From positions 1 through 37,553 of the forward strand of contig JALAGF010001898.1 in NCBI GenBank assembly GCA_030167865.1: a stretch of 37,553 nucleotides of DNA. Reading direction: 5' to 3'. Source of the DNA: Craspedostauros australis. Taxonomy: Eukaryota. Below, piece by piece: positions 10,278 through 20,210 of this stretch (position 1 is its first letter; the number at the start of each line of letters is the position of its first letter). The translations under genes were made by a program, and so were the position numbers. The notes beneath the pieces are model-generated. The model did not search any database. It was not told the DNA's origin and saw nothing but the letters and a program-made list of their open reading frames with translations.

Positions 10278-13139
10278 TCAACAACAGCCATTCTTTCGGC
10301 GACTGCCCGCTCTCTTGTCTTGGCGCACTCCTCTGCCCTTCACATCTCTCTCCTCGCCTTCTCCACCATACTCGAATTCGTACTCGCCATTGCCATTGCC
10401 GTGGCTGTATCGGATGCTGCGGTCGCCATCGCGATAGCCAACGCGGGTTGGATGTTTGAGATCGCGTCTCCACACGGCACTCGCCATCTGAGCAAGTTCT
10501 CTGCGGACAGCGTAATCAGCCTCATCCTTCCACCAGCAACTCGAGTACACCAGCGTCAAGCGCATGAAGATGTGTTCGCCAAGCCCACCGCCGGATCGTG
10601 CGAGCTTCTTGGCATCGCGACGCGTGGCCGTGGCGAGTTGGCCTGAGAAGCAGTCCATGCGCCGGATCCGTGACAAGGCCCGGATGGCCTTGTCGGGCTT
10701 TCCGCACCTCATGGAGGATCCGACCACACGCCAAAGCTGCTTGGCGTACGGATACATCGCGCCCCATCCCGCGTACATGGCATCCGCAGCGTTCTCGAAG
10801 CATTGCAAGGCCTCAAAGCGTTGGCCTCGGGCGTTCAGGACAGCACCCTCCATCGTGTACACCTTCTCCAGCACGTCCGCAGCACAGTGCTTGGGGATGG
10901 CACGGAACACCTCCAGGATCTCGTGACGGCGGGCCTCGGAGAGTGCCAGTTGGGCCGCATGCGCCATCTTGAGGCCACGGATCTCAACCAGACTCGCCGC
11001 AACCTCGTAGGCTTCGTGGACTTCCTCCTCGATCTGCTTCAGCTCCGCACGTTGACGGAACATTGCGCATCGATCGCAAGCACATTCGAAGCCTTCACCC
11101 TCGCCAGTCCAATCCTTGAACCTGTCTGCGGTTTCGGCAGTTGTGAAGGCGTTGCAGTACGAGATGCAAATTTCCTCGCCCTTAGGGATGGGGCGCAGTG
11201 CCCGGATGAACATGTGGTCGGCGATCTGATTCCAACAGCAGTTGGGCCTGCAGGAATGGTTGATCAGCGATTCGTTAATCCACAAGCCGGAGCCTCGAGA
11301 CATGCGTTGCATCGCTACCCTGGCTCTCATCTTCTCTTCCCGCTCTTCGGGTGCGACACCCATTCGGTAGAGATCCGCCTGGACGCCCTCATCCACAGGA
11401 TTCGTTGAGAATACGTTGTTGTACAAGATTTCCCTCACCTTGTGCAGGTGGATCGTTTCTAGATCGACGTGCTCGGGATACTTCGAAGCACCTGCAAGCT
11501 TGAACAGTCGCGGGCCCAGCTTTGGACGCCTGTGCAACATGGTCACGATCTTGTTGGATAATTCCGCTCGCGAGTTTTCGGTGCACTGCCCGGATCGCAG
11601 ATCGGAGTGGATCTGGATGGGGCTAAACTCGTCGTGCGAAGCGTCGACGAAGGCGAAGGCCTTGGAGGCGAACAGGAGATCGCCTTCCTTGATATCCGCG
11701 GTCGCCAAGCAGCCGCGGTAGCTGCCGATGCCTTCCTTGGGGATCTCGGCGCCCACCTTCACCTTCGGCGACACGAAGGACGCGTGCAGTCGATGCACTT
11801 TCTTCTCGACGTCACGATGCATGGCTTGCAGGTCGAAGTTCCCTTTCTTCTGCTTCTGCATGCGAAGGACGGTGGTCTTGAGGGACTTGAAGCTTGGTTC
11901 CTTTGGTTGTTCCATCAGCAGCTTCGTGAGAAGGTCGTTGGCCTCGCCGACCCTTCCGAGATGAAGCACGGCAGTGGCCAGGCGGAAACGGCACTTGACA
12001 TGCCCTGGATCCAGATGATCGAGAACTTTGCGGCAATCCTCCTCGACATCCTCCCACTGCTCTCGGCGCACGTAGGTCTCGGCTCGGTTGCTCAAGCAGG
12101 CGATCTTATCTTCCGTGGAGATGGACGGATCGTCAATGGCTCGGCTGTACAGACGCTCAGCTTTGTGGAACTTGCGGTTCCCGAATGCTCTGTTGCCCTT
12201 TTGGCGAAGATCCGAGGGCGAGCTTCGCGTATGCGTTGCTTCGGACTTCTTGCGTCGTGTGGAGGAGGCCCTCTTTTGATGCCCGATGCTCCTCATGGCC
12301 GTCAACCAAGACTCCTCATCTGGGTAAAGGACGATGCATTGCGGGTTGTCACACCGGAGGACGAGCGACAAGCGGCGATCATCCTGAGAGTTCTTCATGT
12401 GCGGATGCATGATGGCGAGATGCGTGCCCTCTGGAAAGATCTCTTCCGGACCTTCGTCGTCTGTGACGTAGTTGTACGCGACGAACTGGATCATGTCGCC
12501 GTTGTCGTCTTGCACGAGCATCGCGCTGCCGACAAGGCGGTAGGGTTTGTGTGCGACCTTGACGAAGAGCGTGTAGCCTTCGTGGATATGATTGACCTTG
12601 CGGGCGATCTCGTCGAGAGCGATTGATTTGGTGCCTTCGATTCCACGTGAAGGCGCCATCGCATTCTGGATACGGGAAGTGACAGTGTTCTTGATGTGGA
12701 AACTTACGCCTTCCCCCATCTCCTTGGCTTGTTCGTTGACGTGGCGATAGGCGGCCACGAACTCTTGCACCGCAAGGAAGTTGGGTTTCAACTGGGCAGA
12801 GTAGACTGGAGGCCCGCGATTCTGCTGCGACAGACGTTTTGTACGGTCCATGAACCCTCGGAGGCCTCCCGTGTTGATTTCTCGCTCTGCTCGCAATTGG
12901 CGCTGCAGTTGAAACAACGGATCAGCTTGCTGGAAGTCGCGAACATCGATGCCATTTGGTCCATCGCGGTGCGAGCCCATCGTGGAGTAGTTGGCGTGTC
13001 CATACTCATCATCGGAATCGTAATCGTGATGAATGGAGCGATGGTGCCTGTCGAAAGCGTCGAAGTCTTCATCAGAATCGTTCTCCCCAATGTGCCTCAT
13101 GGCTGTCATGAACATCAGCATATCAAATGGATCCACCAT
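10278..13139 (-). CDS. TPR + SET domain protein-lysine methyltransferase-like protein (953 aa)
   Basis: TPR motifs (LRQKGNRAFGNRKFHKAERLYSRAI; CLSNRAETY; VKCRFRLATAVLHLG). SET-N motif RGCLATADIKEGDLL, SET-C motif SLINHSCRPN...IRALRPIPKGEEICISY, post-SET FECACDRC, followed by a helical/TPR-like C-terminal region. Confidence 0.92.
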   Translation of the reverse strand: MVDPFDMLMFMTAMRHIGENDSDEDFDAFDRHHRSIHHDYDSDDEYGHANYSTMGSHRDGPNGIDVRDFQQADPLFQLQRQLRAEREINTGGLRGFMDRTKRLSQQNRGPPVYSAQLKPNFLAVQEFVAAYRHVNEQAKEMGEGVSFHIKNTVTSRIQNAMAPSRGIEGTKSIALDEIARKVNHIHEGYTLFVKVAHKPYRLVGSAMLVQDDNGDMIQFVAYNYVTDDEGPEEIFPEGTHLAIMHPHMKNSQDDRRLSLVLRCDNPQCIVLYPDEESWLTAMRSIGHQKRASSTRRKKSEATHTRSSPSDLRQKGNRAFGNRKFHKAERLYSRAIDDPSISTEDKIACLSNRAETYVRREQWEDVEEDCRKVLDHLDPGHVKCRFRLATAVLHLGRVGEANDLLTKLLMEQPKEPSFKSLKTTVLRMQKQKKGNFDLQAMHRDVEKKVHRLHASFVSPKVKVGAEIPKEGIGSYRGCLATADIKEGDLLFASKAFAFVDASHDEFSPIQIHSDLRSGQCTENSRAELSNKIVTMLHRRPKLGPRLFKLAGASKYPEHVDLETIHLHKVREILYNNVFSTNPVDEGVQADLYRMGVAPEEREEKMRARVAMQRMSRGSGLWINESLINHSCRPNCCWNQIADHMFIRALRPIPKGEEICISYCNAFTTAETADRFKDWTGEGEGFECACDRCAMFRQRAELKQIEEEVHEAYEVAASLVEIRGLKMAHAAQLALSEARRHEILEVFRAIPKHCAADVLEKVYTMEGAVLNARGQRFEALQCFENAADAMYAGWGAMYPYAKQLWRVVGSSMRCGKPDKAIRALSRIRRMDCFSGQLATATRRDAKKLARSGGGLGEHIFMRLTLVYSSCWWKDEADYAVRRELAQMASAVWRRDLKHPTRVGYRDGDRSIRYSHGNGNGEYEFEYGGEGEERDVKGRGVRQDKRAGSRRKNGCC

Positions 13140-14081
13140 CTTGCGAGCGCTTGATTGCTTCTTTGCTGGGCTCTACCTTGAGTGTGGTGTCTGGTGTTTG
13201 GCCGATCTGGAGAAGCCTCAAGATGGAGATGCTGCGAGATGCTCCTGGTGGTTCTTTTATTGCACGAGGTGCAGATTTGTGAGCAATGTTTGTTGGTGCA
13301 GAAGGAGATTGATAGAGATGGATCCCAACAGCACCTCCTGAGAGGTGGACGGTCGCACACGCATGATCGATGCAAACAATCTTTCGGGTGCGTCTGAACC
13401 TACAAGTTCATCTGAAAACTTGAAAGATGGTTCACAGGAAGAAGATATGGTAGGTACGTCGCAAAGATCTGCAAGTGGCCCGTTCATCAATTTTTCTTTG
13501 CGCGTGGCGTTGGTACTGAAATGATCCCTCGCCGTCTTTGAAATTTGTTTGCGTAGATGCAGTACTAGCAAGAGGAGAAGTGAGCGAATCGGGTGGAGAA
13601 GAAGAGTAATCGATTAGCCAATCAACGAAGATCTGAGTGCGGTACGAGTACCATGTAAGTATGAGCACTGGCGGATTGGTCAAAGAAGAAGAAAAGATAC
13701 GAAATGGGTTGGAGATGGAAGAAGAAGAAGAAGAGGTCCAAACGTTCAATGTGAGACGATGCTGAGAGGTTTGAGTCCACTTCCAGTCAACAGTGAAGAC
13801 TGATCCAACCGAGCAAGCCACAGATGGATGTTACTGAACGCACAAAAGAAGCTCCCATGTATCGCTGCGTCATGCCTTGCATTGCATTGCATGCTGCTCG
13901 TACTTACTCTGCAAATCGGCCTTTCCTCGTCGTGTCGTCGTGCTTGCGCTTGTCGCTGTACTTGAAGGTGCTTGGAGGCATCACATTTGGATGCTCTTGG
14001 AGGCACTCCAGAGACTCGCAGAGTACCCGACGCATTGATCCATTGCGCTGCACTGGACTGTATTGCGCCTGTCCAAATGCA

Positions 14082-14341
14082 TCAGAATTCGACGCAAATG
14101 GCGTACGCTTGCAGGGTGATGTGAGACCCGCCACCCTCGGCTTCCAAACGGACGGTCCATCCCGTCGGCACGTTGGTCACGTCGTCGAAGATCGGGCCGT
14201 CGAAGGCGATGGTGGCCTCCATGTCCTGGAGTGGCGCAGTCCACCATCGCCGGTGGCAAAGGCGCCAGTTGGGCAGTGCGATTCGATCTTGTCGCAGTTC
14301 TCGCCGGGTGCGTCGAGGAACCGCATATCTCCGTAGATCAT
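14082..14341 (-). pseudogene. Frameshifted fragment of a small Cys-bracketed beta-domain (CPxG...GG...P...GW...AYAIC) protein
   Basis: Frame 1 reads MIYGDMRFLDAPGENCDKIESHCPTGAFATGDGG. After a shift near 14230-14240, frame 2 reads QDMEATIAFDGPIFDDVTNVPTGWTVRLEAEGGGSHITLQAYAICVEF* (stop at 14082-14084). Both halves use the GC3-rich codons of the real genes. The 260-nt span is not a multiple of 3. Confidence 0.6.
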
Positions 14342-16226
14342 CGTGACGGGGCTTGCGAAGAGAGAGAGCCGAAGAGTCTCATGGCAAGGTTTGCAAGCGT
14401 GGAAATCGTGGATACTCGATGACATTGGTCGGTGCACGAAAAGCGTGAGGCAACTGTGGTGTGCCAGTGAGAGGGTCTGCTGGATTTCTGGGTGGATGCT
14501 TTGGCGAATATAATAGATGGCTTGACTACGAACGAACAGCACGAACACGATTGTTTGGGAGAGACGGGCAGACCTGACAAGTGACATCATGCGCGAAGGA
14601 TGATGGTTGAAAAACAACCAGTTGGATAGGCAAGGAAGGGGAATGAGAGCGTGGAACGACAGGCAGCGCGTCATGTTGTACCGACAGTCGTGCAATAGCA
14701 TGCAGCAGTACCTCCCCACGATATCGCGCACACAGGGACGCGATCAAGTTCGAGCTCACTGCCATCCCGCAGGACCGTTGGTTTGATGGTGTCTGTTGGC
14801 AAGGCTACCTCTGCTGCTGCACTCGAGCACTTTGCAATCTGCTACACCACAATGCATGCGTGTTGCGCGCAACCATCGCGATCGCAGTGCCGTCTGCTCA
14901 CGATCGTGTTTCAAATCTGGGAGGAGAGGAATTGACACTTCGGTCAATCTGTTGGTTGGATGGAACAAGTTGGAATGAAGTCTGCGAATGCGCGTCATCT
15001 CGTGCCGTGCTGTATTGCGATGCGATGTACCATGCCGCCTTTGCCTCGGAAGGAAAGAAATGTGGCGCCACATGATGTGTCTCCGTGGATTGGCTTAGTA
15101 GTATTTGTTCCGATGTTGATGTCGCGCTGTAATGGAAGCATGTCGCGAATGACTCCGAGTCGATTCGTATCGCATGCAGTAGCCTCCTCTCTACCAATAA
15201 CGCAGATCAGTAGTAGTAGTAGCACTCCTCGAAGCTGACATCGCCCGACCTTCATCATCGACACCCAAACCAAGATGAGTGATCGGAGGTTGGGAATGAA
15301 CGCGATGGACAAGAAGCATCATGTGCTTCGCCCATGGAATGTTGGCGCACAAATTGCAATTCTTGTTCGTTGATTTTGTGATGTGCCGCTTTCTCTCTTT
15401 GTGACCTTTTGATGGGTTCGCGTGTTCTCAAACGGTCAAAAGAGTCATTCTCCGACCAACGAAGATACCGCAACAAGATACTTTTTCGTTCTTGGTGTGT
15501 CTTGCGCTGGCTCTGTGGTCGGAACATCGCAAAAGCCACCGCAACGACCGACATCGCCATTGCTTCTTCCACCCACCACCCGATCATAGTCGTACCACTT
15601 CAGAGCTGGCTGCGACTACACTGCCGCACAGCTCTACATGGTCCTTGTGGAGAATAGAAAGAGAGAGCGAAAGAGAGCGAGCGAGCGAAAGCCTCTCCTG
15701 TTGACGCTTCTGCGTTCGTTTCCCTTTGCCTCCCATCCTGCCACCAATACTGCGAGCCTTCTTTGGTGCGTCAATCAAGAGCAACATCGCAGATAACCAC
15801 GCATCAACAGCAACCAGACATTCAATAGGTCGTAGATGCACAAGAGCATCCATCCGAGTGACAAGGAGGAGGCCATCAGTCGAACTTCCACCGGCCTTAC
15901 CGCATCTCCGCCTCTCCGCCATCCAACCAATCAGCCAGTCAGCCAGTCATTCAATTCAGCCTGGCTCGTGCCGTTCGATTAACCTTCAGGTCAAGTGAAC
16001 AATCAGGATTCTCTCTCCATCTCTCTACCTATACCCTCACTCTCACTCATACTAATACTGCTATATAATACTTCTCACGCTTTCGTTCACACTAACGCTC
16101 ATACCCACGATCGTGTAACATTAGTGTCACCGGCATCAGCACAGAGACCCAAGCTATTATTCAATACAACAGCCCAAGCTCCACCCTACTATTCCCATCA
16201 CAGTCGACACTACTCCACACCACTCC

Positions 16227-16301
16227 AACACCGACGCTAACACCGACGCTAACACCGACGCTAACAACAACAACAACGCTAACACCAACACCAACAACAA
16301 G
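16227..16301 (+). repeat. 12-bp tandem repeat (AACACCGACGCT x3) decaying into a CAA-rich tract just upstream of an ATG
   Basis: Units at 16227-16238, 16239-16250 and 16251-16262, followed by degenerate AAC/ACC repeats up to ATG 16302. Confidence 0.9.
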
Positions 16302-16898
16302 ATGACGTCAAAGAAAGAGATGCGACGCGCCAAGAGCGCCGACTACGAATTCAGCTCCGACGAGGACAGCAGCTCGGATGACGAGGAGCAGATCTCGCAG
16401 CTGGCCAAGATCAACATCACCAATGGCGATCCGGGCTGGAAGACGGTGGCCCCGACGACCCAGAAGCTCAAGGCCCATCCCGTCACAACCAACGGCATGT
16501 GGGAGAACAACCATGCGCACTCCACCAACTTGCGCAAGACGCAGCATGAGAAGCGGGGGGAGCCCAAGTCGCCACCGCGCCGCGTCAAGTCCATGCCCGT
16601 GACACGCAAGAAGGACCGCAAGGAGCAGATGACGACGCGATTGTCGGACTGGAAGACGCAGGAGTTCTCGGAAGATCATGAGGGGCCGGGGATGAAGGAT
16701 GGCCGCGTCGCAGAGAAGATCGGCAACGAGAGGGAGCAGGTGGGATGGAACAAGCCCAAGTCGGACGGCACGGCGGATGTTGCGAAGACGGGGCCCTTCA
16801 TCTCCGTCAACCGCAAGCCAAAGGCGACCAAGATATCAGAAAAGTCGTACAAGGAGGTCCAGGGAATGGGAAACAGAAATAGGGAGGTCCCAACGTGA
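16302..16898 (+). CDS. Lys/charged hydrophilic hypothetical protein (198 aa)
   Basis: ATG follows a CAA leader. Strong GC3 codon bias to ~16830; acidic-Ser patch (SSDEDSSSDDEE). 3' end uncertain. Confidence 0.75.
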   Translation: MTSKKEMRRAKSADYEFSSDEDSSSDDEEQISQLAKINITNGDPGWKTVAPTTQKLKAHPVTTNGMWENNHAHSTNLRKTQHEKRGEPKSPPRRVKSMPVTRKKDRKEQMTTRLSDWKTQEFSEDHEGPGMKDGRVAEKIGNEREQVGWNKPKSDGTADVAKTGPFISVNRKPKATKISEKSYKEVQGMGNRNREVPT

Positions 16899-17867
16899 TC
16901 AGCTCACCAGTCACAGCAAAGGATGGCAACTTGGATGGAGACCTTCTGCATCAATGACTGCAGACGTGGGTGCATAGCCGTACATTCATGCACACATGTG
17001 GATTGCTCTGATCGGAGTGTTCATGTGCGAGCTATCGAAAGCATGCAAGGGCAGTGCGAGAAGCCGCAGAGTCCTTCACCAACATGTAATTGTCCTATCA
17101 TACTTTCCATCCTAAATGGGATCCAACCTCCCAACAGTTCGTCTTGTCTTGTCCATTTCTTGCGCGTACGAATGCTCTAATACTCTCCAGAGATGACATG
17201 GGCTGAATGCAATCAGAAACAATCGGATAACACTCACATACGTTCAGCTCCAATGGATACACCAAAACAAAACTCTCTGCAGAGACCACCAATCATACTC
17301 GTACACAGCTGATGTTTGCTTTTCTGCACAAGTTTCTAAGATCCTTATTTGTCGTCGAGTGAATGCTACAATGAGCCTTCTGTCCGTTTCAGCTGTACAT
17401 GGTTGAACAGAGGCACCATTGCCGCACCAGCAATTGCTAAGGAATCCCAGCTCGCACGAAAAAGCACCGCACGGAGAGAGAGAGATGGTGACACTTCGGA
17501 CATCGATCCAGAGCCACAATGCTCTGCATCGAAGCGTTGTGTCGTGCTGTTGATATATACGTATTGGTAGAGTCGTTGTATCCCTCACTTGCCGCACCGT
17601 TCATGAACTCGCAAGGTCGTTCAAAGACATGAGATGCACAGTGCACATGAGTCTCTGCTGTCCCTCGCTGGCCCATGAGTATCCGTCTGTCTGTCACGCA
17701 GGAGCGCCATACGATGGGTGCTCCGACGCAACTCGCAGCCTGATGGTTGCTGCCTGCACCATGAAATCTGATCGAAGGCAACGCAAGGCGCGGCACGATA
17801 CTCGCAGCGTGTTACTACAAGGTTGCCAAGCGATCAAGCGCAGACAGCTATTCGATTGACAAGGGGC

Positions 17868-19048
17868 TTAGGGTGGTCCGTATCCGATGAGGTTTCCAGA
17901 GGCGACCTGCTCGGCAAGAGTCTGTCCGGTGACGGCCTCTCCGACCATGGCACCGAAGATTCCGAGCATGGCAGCGCGTCCCTGGTTGATCTCCATGTCA
18001 AGCTTGTACTTGAGCTCGTCTCCCTCCAGGAAGTTTGGCACGAATGGGCGTCCGTATCCGCAGTCGTAGTTTCCGGAGTAGTTGGATGCTGGCCAGATGG
18101 CGAGCTCGCAGATTCCGCAGAAGAAGAAGATCTGGGTGAGTCCGGCGAGTGGGACGGAGAAGAGTCCCATCATACCGTCTGGGATGTCGGAGAATCGGAT
18201 GCCCATCTCCTTGGAGAGGTATCCTGGGAACTCGATTCCGGCGTTGTGGAAGAGCATACCGACGACGGCGATCATGGCGACGCGTCCGTGCTTGCGCTCG
18301 ACGGCACGGCGGCGCTCGAAGTTGGCGTGGAAGGTGGCGAATCCGCCGGCCGGGTCCTTGGCTGGGTCCAACCATCCGAGTGGGTCGTACACTCCCAGAG
18401 GAGCGGTGACTCCGATGGATGGATCCAGAGGATCGATGCGCTCATTGAGGGCTGTGCTGGAGCTCTGCAAGTGTCAGTGATGGTATGACGCAATAGAGTT
18501 GGCACGTGAGTTGTTGCATTGCGATGAGTTCCAATATGTTGGCATGCATGGAATGTGTGCATGTCACCATAGGCAGATGTTCATCATCAAGCATCCGAAT
18601 CCATGGGGGAAGCCCAAAGGTGGGGAATTCACGAGAGCCAGAAGAGGAAGAAGACGGTCAAGGTCAGAATGCAATTGGTTGATGATGGCAGAACGTTGCA
18701 ATTGGTTGATTGGTATTCTACTCTCGAGGACATCATCTTGATCTCTCTTTGTTTGGGTGCGAGGCACTCCATTGAGGTCCGACCAGAGCACCAAACCCAT
18801 TCCATCCATCGACAACCCCTGAGATCTTCAGGACGGTCCACCTCGAAATCGTGGCGGCAAGAACAAAACCATCCCAGCATCTTCGGCAATCCCCCACTTC
18901 CAACTCCACCTCCACTTCCACTCGCACCACAACATAACACATTAGGAAGACGGCCACACGGACGTAGAAGCAAACGACTTACAGCGCTCTTGGATGGAGC
19001 GAAGGCAGCGGCGGACGCGATGAGGGAGGCAAGGATGGCGGTCTTCAT
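17868..19048 (-). CDS. LHC: Light-harvesting complex (fucoxanthin-chlorophyll a/c binding, FCP-type) protein; exon 1 19048-18983, exon 2 18464-17868
   Basis: Exon 1 MKTAILASLIASAAAFAPSKSA is a signal peptide with the ASAFAP-type motif. Phase-0 intron GTAAGT...CTGAC...TTGCAG. Exon 2 has GVTAPLGVYDPLG, ERRRAVERKHGRVAM, FPGYLS and MEINQGRAAMLG, the LHC helix motifs. Confidence 0.96.
18465..18982 (-). other. 518-nt spliceosomal intron of the LHC gene
   Basis: Donor GTAAGT at 18982, branch-like CTGAC at 18477-18473, acceptor TTGCAG ending at 18465. Splicing joins the presequence in frame to SSSTALNE. Confidence 0.88.
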
Positions 19049-19820
19049 GGTGGATGTTGTTGGGATTGACTTGGCTTGTGCGTTTGTGAACGATCGGAAT
19101 CGTCGACGCCGTTCTCAGCCCCACCATCCACATCATCCGCAGCAGATAGCACCAGGACACAGCCAGTACCAACAACAACACACACACACACACACACAAC
19201 AAGGACGGGACGACAGTAACATCAACTCCCTTGGCTCAGCCAACACGTGCGCAGTGATGGATTGCTCTGATTGATCCGGCAACTCGCAGAAAAATTACGC
19301 CAAAGTGACGCAAAGATTTGCCTCAACGACGGAGGATACGGTGGAAACCAGGACCCAGTTCGTGAATCAAAAAATAAATTCCAGATTCCCTTTTTCATTT
19401 GCGCGCAGTCAAGATTCCCAAAAACGGAAACAGAACGCACATCGATTCGACTCGATCGACCCATTATTGTCCAAACACGACACAAACAAGAAACCAACGC
19501 GAACAAGACAACGAACCCAAAACAACAACAAGCGAAAGATGATGGCGCAACGGTCAACATTTGTCAACGCACATGTGAGGAACAATTTCTGTGCAGAACG
19601 TGTGCGATCGACAAAACAAATGACTCAACTCCTTCTGGACAACACACACAACTTCATCCACCTCACTTCACCTCGTTGTATCACACCAGTAAACTATTCT
19701 ACTCTCCAGAAAGTCCTCAACTCTCCTACTCTCCTGCAATCGCATTTGCCCTTCCACTGACACTTGCACTTGCACTTCCGCTTACATTCTAAAGAGAACA
19801 GCAAACGAAGAATATTAAAG

Positions 19821-20210
19821 ATGCCAGGCTACGTGAGAGTGATCGGAGGCGGCCAGGAGGATTGCAACGGCATCTACCGCTGCTGTGAGGCCGGCACCGT
19901 GCCCATGAGCTTCCAGGTCGCCTGCGGGTTTGCCAAGGTGGAGGCACCCCAAACGTGGGCCAAGCTGGCGAGGACGGACATTGAGTACTACCAGCACTCC
20001 AAAGGGGCCTTCCTCTTCCACAGCCACGAGGGTCAGTGGAAGCTGCACGAGCCGGCGGGACCATGCGTGTACGTGTCGGCCTCCCTCCTCACGGCCCCGT
20101 CCAAGGTACCCACGTACGGATGGATGCCCATCAAGGAGCAGGCGATGGTCATGCCGGACATTGAGCACTTTATGGATGGCGATGCCGATGAGGCCGAGGC
20201 AGACCAGTAA
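19821..20210 (+). CDS. Small hypothetical protein (129 aa) with V-x-G-G-G...NGIY...W...P-x-x-GW pattern
   Basis: ATG 19821 after AAAG; strong GC3 bias; aromatic-rich beta-type pattern; acidic tail. Confidence 0.8.
   Translation: MPGYVRVIGGGQEDCNGIYRCCEAGTVPMSFQVACGFAKVEAPQTWAKLARTDIEYYQHSKGAFLFHSHEGQWKLHEPAGPCVYVSASLLTAPSKVPTYGWMPIKEQAMVMPDIEHFMDGDADEAEADQ

Noticed and set aside
10107..10280. Possible selenocysteine readthrough (GCC-UGA-C) at the TPR-SET stop
   Set aside because: The frame continues with non-coding-like sequence and I could not identify a SECIS; a SECISearch run would be needed.
9481..10437. 318-aa plus-strand ORF
   Set aside because: Overlaps the antisense of the pseudogene and of the TPR-SET 3' end; composition is not protein-like.
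18473..18590. Box C (UGAUGA) / box D (CUGA) pair in the LHC intron suggesting a snoRNA
   Set aside because: The CUGA coincides with the branch point, and no terminal stem or rRNA-antisense element was recognised.
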